DNA from: an uncultured Acidobacteriota bacterium
GTDB lineage: Bacteria; Acidobacteriota; Thermoanaerobaculia; Multivoradales; UBA5704
DNA length: 64,000 nt
Assembly: GCA_963770895.1 (NCBI GenBank)
Contig: CAVYRF010000002.1
Location: 2,304,001 to 2,368,000 of the forward strand
Reading direction: 5' to 3'
In this document: piece by piece, positions 11,001 to 20,000 of the stretch
How positions within the stretch are numbered: the first letter of the stretch is position 1
Layout of the letters: each line of letters opens with the position of its first letter
Notes under the pieces: generated by a model
Told to the model about the DNA's origin: nothing
The model's input: the letters and a program-made list of their open reading frames with translations, nothing else
Databases searched by the model: none
Translations under genes and position numbers: made by a program

Positions 11001-14000
11001 TCGACCGCCACCACCTGTGTGCGGCCCAGGCGGTCGCGCGCCGAAAGCTCGACCACGTAGACGCCGGAGCGCGGCAGCACCAGCGGCACCGTGGTCGGCG
11101 CGGCGCCGCTGGTGACTTTGGTTTCGCTCACCTTCTCATCCACGACGTCGGTGCGGTAGCGCGCCACGCCGTCGGAGAAGTCGCTGGCCTGCAGGTGCGA
11201 GTGCCACTGCCGCTGCAGCAGCCGCACCGTCACCACCTGGCCGGCGAGCGGCTTGTTGTCGGGGCCGACCACCACCAGCGCCGGCGTGATCTGGCTGGCC
11301 CGCTCGACGTAGCGCGGCACCTTGAGGCCGAGCACGAAGGGCGGCAGGGCGACGACGGCGCGGGTGGCGGTGACCGTCTGGTCGTCGGCGCCGGTGATGG
11401 TCGCCTCGACCACGTAGGTGCGCGGCTGCGCCGTCGGCTCGATCGCCGGGTTGAGCACCAGGGAGGCGGCGCCGGTGGCGTCGGTCGTGTCCTGCCGGCT
11501 CAGGCGCGGCGAGGACTCGAAGCGGCCGGCGCTCGAAAAGCGCCCGTCGGACGAATAGAGGAAGCCCGACAGGTGCGGCGCCGGCGTCCAGGCGTAGGGG
11601 AACTGCGTCACCCGCCAGGCGAGCGGCCGCGCCGCCACCCGGCCGCCGGCGTAGTAGGCGGCGGTCAGGTCGACCTTGAATTCGCGGTCGAGCGGCACGG
11701 TGTCGGCGGAGTGCAGCTGCACCTCGAACTTCGGCAGCCGGTAGGCCTCCATGCGGAACGACACCTTGCCCAGGGCGTGGTCGTCGCTGTCCTTGAACGT
11801 GGCGGAGTAGACGCCGGTGGGGAGCTTGTCCTGCTTGAACGCCTGGTAGAAGGAGCCGTGGCGGGTGACGGTGACCGGCAGCTTCCACACCAGGTCGCCG
11901 GGGCCGCTCACCTCGACGGTGCCGGGATCGGTCAGCGGCGTGAGGTGGCCGCGCTCGCGCCGGCGCAGGTAGCCCTTGATGTAGACCGTCTCTTCGGGCC
12001 GGTAGACCGGGCGCTCGGTGAAGATGTGGCACAGGTCCAGGGCCGCGGGCCCGCGCCCTTCCAGGATGCCCTGCGTCCAATCGAGCCAGATTTCGTGGCG
12101 CGGACGCCAGCGGTCGTCGCTCCAGCCGTCGGGCGGATGGCTGGGATCGAGCACCAGCACGTCGGCGCCCAGGCGGGCGACGATGCGCTGGACGGTCACC
12201 TCGCGGTGATTTTCCGCTCTGCCCGGCGCCGCCCAGCGCACCCGGCCGGCGGCGTCGGTGGTGCCTTCGAACAGGGTGCTCCAGGTGGCCTTGTCCGCGG
12301 CGGCGCTGCCGCGGGCCGCGACGGAGCCTTCGATGCGCACCGTGGCCCCGGCGACCGGCGCCGCGGTGGCCAGCGAGGTGACCGCGAACACCACGGCTTC
12401 GGGCTCTTCGACCGCGGTCAGCGCCAGGTCGGTGACCTGCAGGCGCATGTACAGGCGGCGGCTGGAGTCCAGGCGCCGGATGCCGACGACGTAGGTGCCC
12501 GGCGCGTCGCGGCCGGAGATGTGCGCCAGGTGCGGCGCCAGGTCCAGGCCGAAGCGGGCGGTGCCGCCGGCGCGGCGCAGCGGCAGCGCCACCAGGTCGG
12601 ACACCGGCGGCGAGCCGAGCGCCTTGAGGTGGCGCGCGATGTGCGCCGCGGTCACCGTCTGGTCGGCGGTCTGCCAGGGGTCCGGCTCTTCGCCGGGGCC
12701 CGGCGGGCGCTGCGCTTCGTCGATCCCGACCGGGGCATCCGGGAAGGGCCAGAGGGAGCGGTCGAGCGGATCGACCGGGTAGACGCGCAGGTCGACGCGC
12801 TCGAAGCCGCGCCCTTCGAGCGGCAGCATGCGCGGCCCGTAGCGCTCGACGATGCCCTGGCTCGCGGTCCAGCGCAGGAAACCGGCGAGCTGCGGGAAGG
12901 TCACGAACACCTCGGTCGTGCCGCGCACCTCCAGGTGGCGCCCCTTGCTGTCGGTGATGTCGGGGGCCGGCGCCAGCCGCACGCGGTAGAGGGTGTCGCG
13001 GCGGAAGTCGCCGCTCAGCAGCAGCTCGCGGCCGGCGGCGCTGAACTGCAGCCCCGGCACCGCCGGCTCCAGGCGCACCAGGTTGCGGGCGGCGATCGGC
13101 GACAGTCCGGCGGCGAGCGGCGCCGACAGCTCGACGCTCAGCTGCCGGCCTTCGCGCGTGCAGCGCAGCGCCTGCTCGCGGCTGTAGCGCGTGCCGGCGG
13201 AAGCGACCGGCGCCTGCGCTCCGGCGCAGCCCACGGCGACGACGCGAAAGCGCTCGGCGGTGGAAAAGGCCAGGTCCAGCGCCGATTCGGGCGTCTCCTC
13301 GGACAGCGACAGCCGGAAGTGCAGCACGGCGCGCACCCCGAGCGGCACCGGGCGCGCCAGGGTGACGACGTAGGCGGCGGGATCGGAGCGGGCGCCGCGC
13401 TCCTGGGCCTTGATCTGGAAGTCCTGCGCGGTCAGGGTGTGGGGCGAGCCGCCGGCGTCGCCGGCCGCGCCGCTGCCTGGCTCGGTGGTGGCGGCCTCGT
13501 CGCTCGCTCCCGGCAGCGGGCGCAGCTCGATGGTCAGCATGCGCGCCAGGGTCTGCGCGTCCAGCGGCTCGGCGAACACCAGGGTGATGGTGCGCACCGG
13601 GTCGAGCCCTTCGGCGCCGGCGGCCGGCAGGGTGGAAACCGGCGGCGACATCAGCGTGTCGAGTCTGGCGGTGGCCGCGCCGGCGGTCCAGGTGAAGCGG
13701 GCGAGCGGCGGCCACGGCTCGGCCGGGGTGAACTGCAGGGTGCGCGCATTGAGCCAGCGGAAGGCTCCCGGATGGAGCGGCGCCATTTTCACCCAGCGCG
13801 CGGGATTGTCTTCGGGGCCGCCCTTGGCGGGACCCAGGTCGCGGTCGAAGAAGATCGTCACCGGGTCCCAGCGCCGCAGGAAGTGGTCCGGCACCATGAT
13901 GGTGCCGGCGCGGCGGCCCGCCGGACGCAGATCGTTGGCGGCGTTGCCGGCTTTGGCGGCGGTGCCGGCGTTGGTGGCGCTGCCGGCGTCGCGGGCGCTG

Positions 14001-14083
14001 CCGGCCAGCGGCATCCTGGCGGCCAGCGCCAGGGTCAGGGCGGCGGCGCCCAGGGCCAGGGATCGAGGGACCGAGCGGATCAT
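8051..14083 (-). CDS. Bacterial alpha-2-macroglobulin family protein (2010 aa)
   Basis: Start reassigned to ATG 14083 (MIRSVPRSLALGAAAL, ATGA overlap with the upstream stop). FTERPVYRPEETV (MG2), LPDDLTNF, thioester YPYGCTEQ, WGSTNANA, C-terminal PARAEAMY. Confidence 0.93.
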   Translation of the reverse strand: MIRSVPRSLALGAAALTLALAARMPLAGSARDAGSATNAGTAAKAGNAANDLRPAGRRAGTIMVPDHFLRRWDPVTIFFDRDLGPAKGGPEDNPARWVKMAPLHPGAFRWLNARTLQFTPAEPWPPLARFTWTAGAATARLDTLMSPPVSTLPAAGAEGLDPVRTITLVFAEPLDAQTLARMLTIELRPLPGASDEAATTEPGSGAAGDAGGSPHTLTAQDFQIKAQERGARSDPAAYVVTLARPVPLGVRAVLHFRLSLSEETPESALDLAFSTAERFRVVAVGCAGAQAPVASAGTRYSREQALRCTREGRQLSVELSAPLAAGLSPIAARNLVRLEPAVPGLQFSAAGRELLLSGDFRRDTLYRVRLAPAPDITDSKGRHLEVRGTTEVFVTFPQLAGFLRWTASQGIVERYGPRMLPLEGRGFERVDLRVYPVDPLDRSLWPFPDAPVGIDEAQRPPGPGEEPDPWQTADQTVTAAHIARHLKALGSPPVSDLVALPLRRAGGTARFGLDLAPHLAHISGRDAPGTYVVGIRRLDSSRRLYMRLQVTDLALTAVEEPEAVVFAVTSLATAAPVAGATVRIEGSVAARGSAAADKATWSTLFEGTTDAAGRVRWAAPGRAENHREVTVQRIVARLGADVLVLDPSHPPDGWSDDRWRPRHEIWLDWTQGILEGRGPAALDLCHIFTERPVYRPEETVYIKGYLRRRERGHLTPLTDPGTVEVSGPGDLVWKLPVTVTRHGSFYQAFKQDKLPTGVYSATFKDSDDHALGKVSFRMEAYRLPKFEVQLHSADTVPLDREFKVDLTAAYYAGGRVAARPLAWRVTQFPYAWTPAPHLSGFLYSSDGRFSSAGRFESSPRLSRQDTTDATGAASLVLNPAIEPTAQPRTYVVEATITGADDQTVTATRAVVALPPFVLGLKVPRYVERASQITPALVVVGPDNKPLAGQVVTVRLLQRQWHSHLQASDFSDGVARYRTDVVDEKVSETKVTSGAAPTTVPLVLPRSGVYVVELSARDRLGRTQVVAVDLYAGGEQAVTWAKPPAGVFQVIPDKTEYRPGETADLVLESPFQHGRALAVIEAPEGNVYSWVAVEGGAATFKVPILGSYTPRVPVHFMLERGRVAGTAPQPGSAADLGRPATVAATTWLKVAPLDNRLDVKLAYPEKARPGQTIEVKIAIADPQGRPQPGEATLWLVDQAVLALGREQRLDPLPDFITAVASHLTIGDSRNLAFGFLPYAENPGGEVGGGASTGLLDRVTVRRNFKPVPYFNPSIEIGPDGTAKVAVELPDDLTNFKIRAKVASGAERFGFGTGEISVRLPVLVQPALPRFVRPGDRFKAAAIGRVVEGEGGAGVAEVRATGVTVGGARRQDIQWSAKEASRIEFPVTVETPGFRPDGTPASAEVTLRFAAERTGDHAADAAEVKLPVRDDRRRVAVRLQQDLLGGGTLQVPALPEPARPGTVRRSILASGEPALVRMAAGLDFLLDYPYGCTEQRLSRARAELALARLRDLLHESGDDQRLRRDVTETLDWIGRAVDADGLVAYWPGSRGYVSLTAWSLQFMVEAKAGGYTINAKLWATVTRSLEQSLRTDYGHFIDGEAFAERSWALAALTAAGEAQPAYAAELARKTQFLDLEGVSQVLLAFAGPAAAKPAHPAAAAAAGGDAGPTADALARRLWGGIVFKLYGGHQIYGGLQGAGGPVFAGNGLILPGETRTLSEATRALVRHDGADPRLPVLVTALTTLGGGDGWGSTNANAEALLALGELLRPPFAGAGAHTLDVKLGKTSSTLALGPQAPVATLVATAEDAGAAGTISLAAAGQQGADARPVAVRVETSYMPATEGDRVEPAAAGLVVSRELLKVHPAGGPPDQLAIAHGGTTLHFAVGDVVEEHVRVVNPKERHYVAVAVPLAAGLEPLNPNLATAPPEARPRGSLSLGPSYAAYLDDEVTFYYDTLPSGTFDFYFRTRATTEGSFLQPAARAEAMYDATVHGNSAGARVDVVRPPAPAPAAGH

Positions 14084-17000
14084 GGATGGCTCCCGGAGGG
14101 GACCGCGGCGACGGCCCCGGCGTCCTGCATGTATTTGCGGATGACATCGGGCGGCGGGCCGGTGTCGGGCAGCTGCAACCCGACGACTACCGGCCGCACC
14201 CGCACCGGCGCCGCGTCGGCGGGCGCGCTCAGCACCAGCAGATAGTCGCCGGCGTCCAGCTCGGCGCTGTCGAGCATGGCGGCGCCCGCGGCACCTGGGG
14301 CGGCGGTGGCGGGCGCCGGCGACACAGGCTGGCCGTTGCCGCGCAGCAGCCGGCAGGAGACGCGATCGGCGGCGGCGGCCGCCCCCCAGCCGATGGGCCG
14401 GCGGGTGGCGACGTGGAACGAGAAGTAGCGGCTGTCGCCGGGCGGCAGCAGGATCTCGGGGCCGAGCCCCTCGCCGGTGGTGACGACCGGCGTGGTGGTG
14501 ATCTCCGCCGGTCCGGTCAGCACGCCGCCGCCGAGCGCCGCGAAGCCCAGGTGGGAAACCCCGGCGGGCAGCCAGGCGTCCAGGCGCACGCCGGCAGGGT
14601 GGATCGCCACCGCGTCGTCGGTTGCGGCGGGGGCGCCGGCCGCGGCCGCGGGGTCGCCGGCGCGGCGCAGCAGCGTCAAGGCCGGCGCGTCGGCGCGGAC
14701 GCTCAGCACGGCGGCGGCCGGCAGGTCGAGCGTGTAATGGGCGAAGCGGCCGGCGAGCGGCGCCGTCGCCGGCGGGGTCACAGCCTGCGCGGGCGCCGCC
14801 AGGGGCGCCTGCCACGGAGCCGCGGCGGTGGCGGCATTCGCGGCCGCCGCGGCGCCAGCCGGCGCCGGTGCCGCTGCCGTCGCCGCGGTGGCGGCGGCCA
14901 GGAGCGCCGCGTCCCAGACCACGACCGTGCCGGGTCCGTGCTGGATCAACAGGTCGCCGCCGGGCGCGCCGGCGATCTCGGCGACGCCGGTGCGGCTTGC
15001 CACCTGGCGCACGCCGCCCGCGCCGTCCAGCAGCGTGACCTGGACGCCGCCCGACTCGCCGGGCAGGCCGGTGCCACAGAAGACGCGGTAGCGGCGCGGC
15101 TGCCTGTCCCCCGGCGCGGTCCCGGCCAGGCGCAGGCGCAGAATGCCGGTCTGGTCGAAGGAGCGGGTGAACGGCTCGCCGGAGGCGAGCGCCAGGTCGC
15201 CATCGCCGTCCGCGGCGGAGTCCGCGCCGGCTGTGGCACTGCCGCCACCGCCGCTGACATGGCGCGCGAGCACCTCGAAGGTGAAGGGATCGGAGTCTTC
15301 GCGGGTGTGCAGCACGGTCAGCCGCGTGGCGCTGGTGTCCAGGACTTCGGCGAAAGGCTGGCCGCCCTGCCAGTGGGTGCTGGCGACGCTGCCGGCCGTC
15401 GACAGCACGGCGACCAGCGAGCCGCCCAGGTTCAGGTGGACCACCTTGCGTCCAGGCGGCAGGTCGAAGCGGCGGGCCGCCAGGCCGGCCAGGTTGCCGC
15501 CGGTGACCCCCCAACCGCCGGCTTCAGCGGCGGGCGCCGCGAAGCTGATCTGCGTCAGGCGCAGCTCGCCAGCCGCCTGACCCGCCGGCGAGCGGTCGCC
15601 GGCCACGGCCGCCTGGTCGCCATTCCAGGCGCGGATCAGCGGCCGGTGCGGATCGAGCGCCACGGCGACCGCGCTGTGAGCGCCGACGCCCATGGCGGCG
15701 GCCGGCGCCGGCCATGCCGCGCTGTCGGCATTGGCGCCGCTTTCGCCGACGACCAGCGCCGGCTGGCCGGCGGGAGCCGTCGCCATCGCCAGCAGCGGCC
15801 CGCTCCCCCCGCCGTCGCGCCGGGCGGCGTCGGCTTCGACCTGCACGCCGGCGGCAGGCAGGCGTACGGAAACGCCGGCGCCCAGGCCCGCCGGCACCGG
15901 CAAGCGCTCGCCGCGCAAGCGCGGCGCACCCTGCGGCGCCGCGGCGACCAGCCAGAGCCGGTCTTTCTCCGCGGCCAGGGCGACCAGCAGATCGCCTCCG
16001 CCGCTAGCAAGCGGGGCCAGGGCCTGACCGGCGATGCTGCCGGCGCGCCAGCGCTCCGCGGCGTCACCGGGTTCGGTTGCCCCGCCGGCCGCGGCGCCCG
16101 TGGCACCGCCGTCCACGCCGCCTTGCAGGCGCAGGCGCGCCAGCCCGGGCGCCGCCATGTCGACCACCGCGGCGGCCAGCGGCCCAAGCGGCGGCCGCAG
16201 GCCGCGCAGCAGCGGCACGGTCGTGCCCTTGGTCAGCCGCCCTTCGCCGACGTGCGGCACGGCGACGGCCGCCGCCGCCAGCTCGATGCTGGCGCCGCGC
16301 CGGTCCAGCGACCACAGCCGCAGGCGGTAGTTGCCCGCGCCCGCCGCCGTGGCTCCCGCGGCCAGCGCCAGCTCGACCCGCGGTGTGTGCCCGGTGTCGC
16401 CAGCGACGCGGCGCCAGCCGGTGCCGTCGCGCACCTCCAACGCCAGGCCGAGGTTGTCGTCGGAGCGGGCTGCCGCCAACAGCAGGTCGGCCTCGCCGGC
16501 GGCAGGCAGCGGCAGCAGGTGCACCTGCTCGCCCACCGCCACGTCGCCGTGGAAGGGCAGGACCAGCGGCGGGTCCTCGACCTCGGCCACCGTGCGCATG
16601 GCGACGCGCAGCTGCGCCCTGGAGCGCCCCACCGGTTCGATCTCCAGCTGGTAGCGGCCGGCCGCCAGGTGCTCCGAGATCAGGAAGTTCCAATCGTCGG
16701 GGCGGTCGTCCTGGTCGGCCACCAGCGTGCCGTCCGCGGCATACAGCCGCGCCCGCACGTCGCTGGCCGCATACGAGGCGATCTCGACCAGGCCGCCCCC
16801 GGCGACCGAAACCGGCACCCGGACGGGCGCCTGGAGCAGCCGATCCTGGCCGTCCACCAGCTCGGCCGTCGTCACCCGCACGTGGTAGCGCACCAGGCTG
16901 TTGTGCCGCGAGCAGACGACCGCCAGCTCGTAGGTTCCGGGCGGCAGATCGACGGTCACCGACCGCCCCGGCGGCACCCGCGTGGGCTCGGCGGGTGCGG

Positions 17001-20000
17001 GCGCTGCGTCGCCTTGAGCATTGCCAGAGGCCGACGCGCCCATCGGCGAGGCTGGCGATGCTGCCGGTGATTGGGCGGCCGTGGCCGCCGCGGCTTCCGC
17101 GCCGGCGACGCGGGTGACGGTCCCTTCCATCTCGGCGTCCAGCGCGATGGTGGTCGTCGAGGCGGCCGGGATGCTGAAGCGCCAGCGGTCGGGTGTGCGC
17201 GCGGGTTCGCTCGCGGCGCTTGCGGTGTCTTCGGCGTTCACGGCGCTGGCGACGCTGGCGACGCTGGCGGCGTTGGTGTTGTTTGCGGTGGTGGCGGTGC
17301 TCCCAGCCGGCGGCCGGCTCGATGGCGCTTCCGGCTCGCGCCAGACCGCTTCGGCGGTGCGGTCGAGCGGCAGCGGGCGGACCTCGCGGGCGGTGAAGCG
17401 CAGCGGCTGGCGCACGCGGCTGAGGCGGGTCACGGCGCGGCCGGTCAGCGGCTGCGGCAGCAGCACCAGGCGATAGGTGCCCGCATCGAAGTGGCGGCTG
17501 ACGTCGGCCTTGGCGTTGGGCGGCGCGATCGGCCAGCCGTCGGCGTCTTCGATACGGCATTGGTAGACGAAGCCGAGCCCCATGGCGAGCAGGCGGTAGT
17601 CGCCGGCCTGGGCGACGGCGAAGCGGTAGACCACCGCCTGGCCGGCCGGCAGGGTGATGCGCGCCGGAGCGTCCAGGCGCAGCTCGCCGCCGTCGATCAG
17701 GTGGGTGGCCGCCAGCTCGACCCCCAGGTGCCCCTGCGAGCGCCCCAGCGCCGTCACCGTCGCCTGCAGGTCTCCCTGGCGCAGGTATTGGTGCACCAGG
17801 GCGTTGCGCCCGACGCCGTTGCGGCTGCCGGTGGCAAGCTCGGTCACGGTGCGGGTGCGCAGGGCGGCGGCGGTCGCCAGCATGCCGGTCGTCCGCAGCT
17901 CGTACAGGCCCGGCGTTTCGCTGTCGATGCGGAAGGTCGCTCCGGCGCCGCGCGTCAGGTCCAGGAACCGCGGCGCGCCGCCGGGCTGGAGCTGCGGGAA
18001 GTTCGGCAGGGCGGCGGCGATGGCGCCGGCCGGCAGCGGCGGCAGCGGCGCCGCGGCCGCCAGCGCGGCCGGCTCGACGGTCAGGGAATAGGAGACGGTG
18101 CGGTCGTCGCCGGGGTCTCCCGAATTGCCCGCGGGGCTCGCGCCGGTGGCAGCCGGCGCCGGGTGCTGCACCTGGAGGTGATGGCCGCCGCCGGCCGCGA
18201 CCGGTGCGGCGGTCGTCCAGGGGCCGCCGTCCACCGACACGGCGAGCAGCCGGCCGTCTTCGGTTTCGGCGCGCAGGGTGCCGGGCCCGGCGACCGTGAA
18301 GTCGATCGCCAGCGGTTCGCCGGGGCGCTGGCTGACCGGCAGCGGCTGCCCCAGGTCGACCGGCCACGGGCGCAACACCACCCCCGTCTCCACCCCCGGC
18401 TGGAGGTTGGTGTACAGCCGGTAGGAGGTGTTTGGATCGAGCGTCTGCGGCGCGAAGCGCACGGCGCCGCGCACCGCGAAGGCCGCCCCGCCGGCCGCCG
18501 CTTCAGCCAGCAGCCGCGGGAACTTGCCGGCCGGCCGGACGCCGATGGTGAAGATGCCGGCCTTGCCGCCGCGCGGCTCGGCGCTCAGCACGTAGATGCC
18601 GGGATCCAGGTCCCAATGTGAGCCGCTGCCGCCGAAGGCCGGCGCCTTGTAGTTGGGAGGCCGCGTGGTCAGGAACGGCTCGATGCGATAACGGCCCCCT
18701 GGGGTCGCCACCACCTCGTAGCGCCCCTTCTCCTTGACGTCGAGGTAGAGGGTCAGGCCGTTCTGCATGTTGAAGCGGCGCGCCCAGGCGTGGGTGCCGT
18801 CGATCTGCGGTGCATAGGTCGCTTCCAACCGCTGGGCGCCGGAGCCGCGACCGGAGGTGAGCACGGCAGCGGCGTCCACCGAATCGGCGGGGTCGCCCGA
18901 GTGGATCGTCGAGATCCAGTAACGGCCCGAAAGATCGATGTTGTAGACCGATCGCTGCTCGAAGTGCTGCAGCACGTAGGCCTGCCCCGGCGTGCCGCGC
19001 ACCGCCAGCCACAGCTGCGGGCCGCCGGGCGCCGCGGCGGCGCCGCCGGACTGGCCTTCCGTCGCCGCGCCGGCGTCCGCGCCTTCTGCTGCTTCCGGCT
19101 CCGCGGCGGCGGCCTCTCCTTCGGCGGGCGTGGCGCCGCGCTCTCCCCTTGGCGCGGCGTCGCCCTCCTGGTCTGCAGCGGTGTCGGGAGCGTTGGGAGC
19201 GTTGGCGGCGTCGGAAGCGTTGGCGGCGTCCGGAGCCATCGGCTGATCGGCTGGCTCGCCGGTGCCGACGTTGGCGCTCTCCTGGCCGGATGCGGCAGGC
19301 GTGTTGGCGCCCGCGCCAGCGGCGTCTTCCTGCGCCGCGGCATCGCCTTGCATCGGCGCTCCGGCGCTGTCGGCGTCGCCGTTTGCCGCGTTCGAGTCGT
19401 TGGCGCCGTTGGCGCCGTTGGCGCCAGTGCCGGGCTGCTCCGGCGCGGCCTCCCCGTCGCCCTCCTGGTCGCCGGCTTCGCCACCCTTGCCGGCGGTGTC
19501 CGCCGCCTCCGGCTCGGCGACCGACGGCAGGGCGCCGCGCTCGCCGGCGGCGGTGTTGGCGGTGTCCGCGGTCGATGCCGCACTGGCGTCGGGCTTGGTC
19601 GACACGTGCAGGTCGGCGACCGGCGGCGAGGAATTCTTCAGCACCTCGGCGGTGTCGCCCTTGGCGGCGATGCCGGACAGCAGATCGCCGGCGGCCGCCC
19701 AGCCGGCGGCAAGCCGCATGGGCTGGGCCTGCGGCAGCTCGACGCGCGCGTAGTTGACGTTGGCCGGCACCGCGAACCAGTCTTCGCCGAACGGGCTGAC
19801 CACGTAGCGCCGGCGCCCGGCGTCGGGCAGGCTGGGGTAGCCCCAGCGCAGGTAGAACGGGTGCTCCGCCCCCTCTTCGGCCCACGCCTGCCCGGCGCCG
19901 CCGTAGGCCGCCACCAGGTACAGGCCGGCCGGCAGGACGGTTGCGATCTCGCAGCGCAGCAGCGGTTTGCCGGTCACCGGCTGAATCGGCGCGCAGCTGG

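Noticed and set aside
7817-14245. 2142-aa plus-strand ORF and similar long antisense ORFs (110-1771, 1744-4680, 5602-8340, 59355-62033)
   Set aside because: Antisense shadows of real minus-strand genes; high GC3 suppresses stops; no motifs.
14084-15514. N-terminal 476-aa extension of the A2M ORF in the track
   Set aside because: Arg/Gly-rich off-frame read of the upstream gene; the signal peptide and ATGA coupling place the start at 14083.
17220-17290. Short 9-bp tandem repeats (also 19400-19425 and 38195-38222) as CRISPR or regulatory arrays
   Set aside because: In-frame coding microsatellites (ASV, ANG, SAV) with no spacers and no cas genes.
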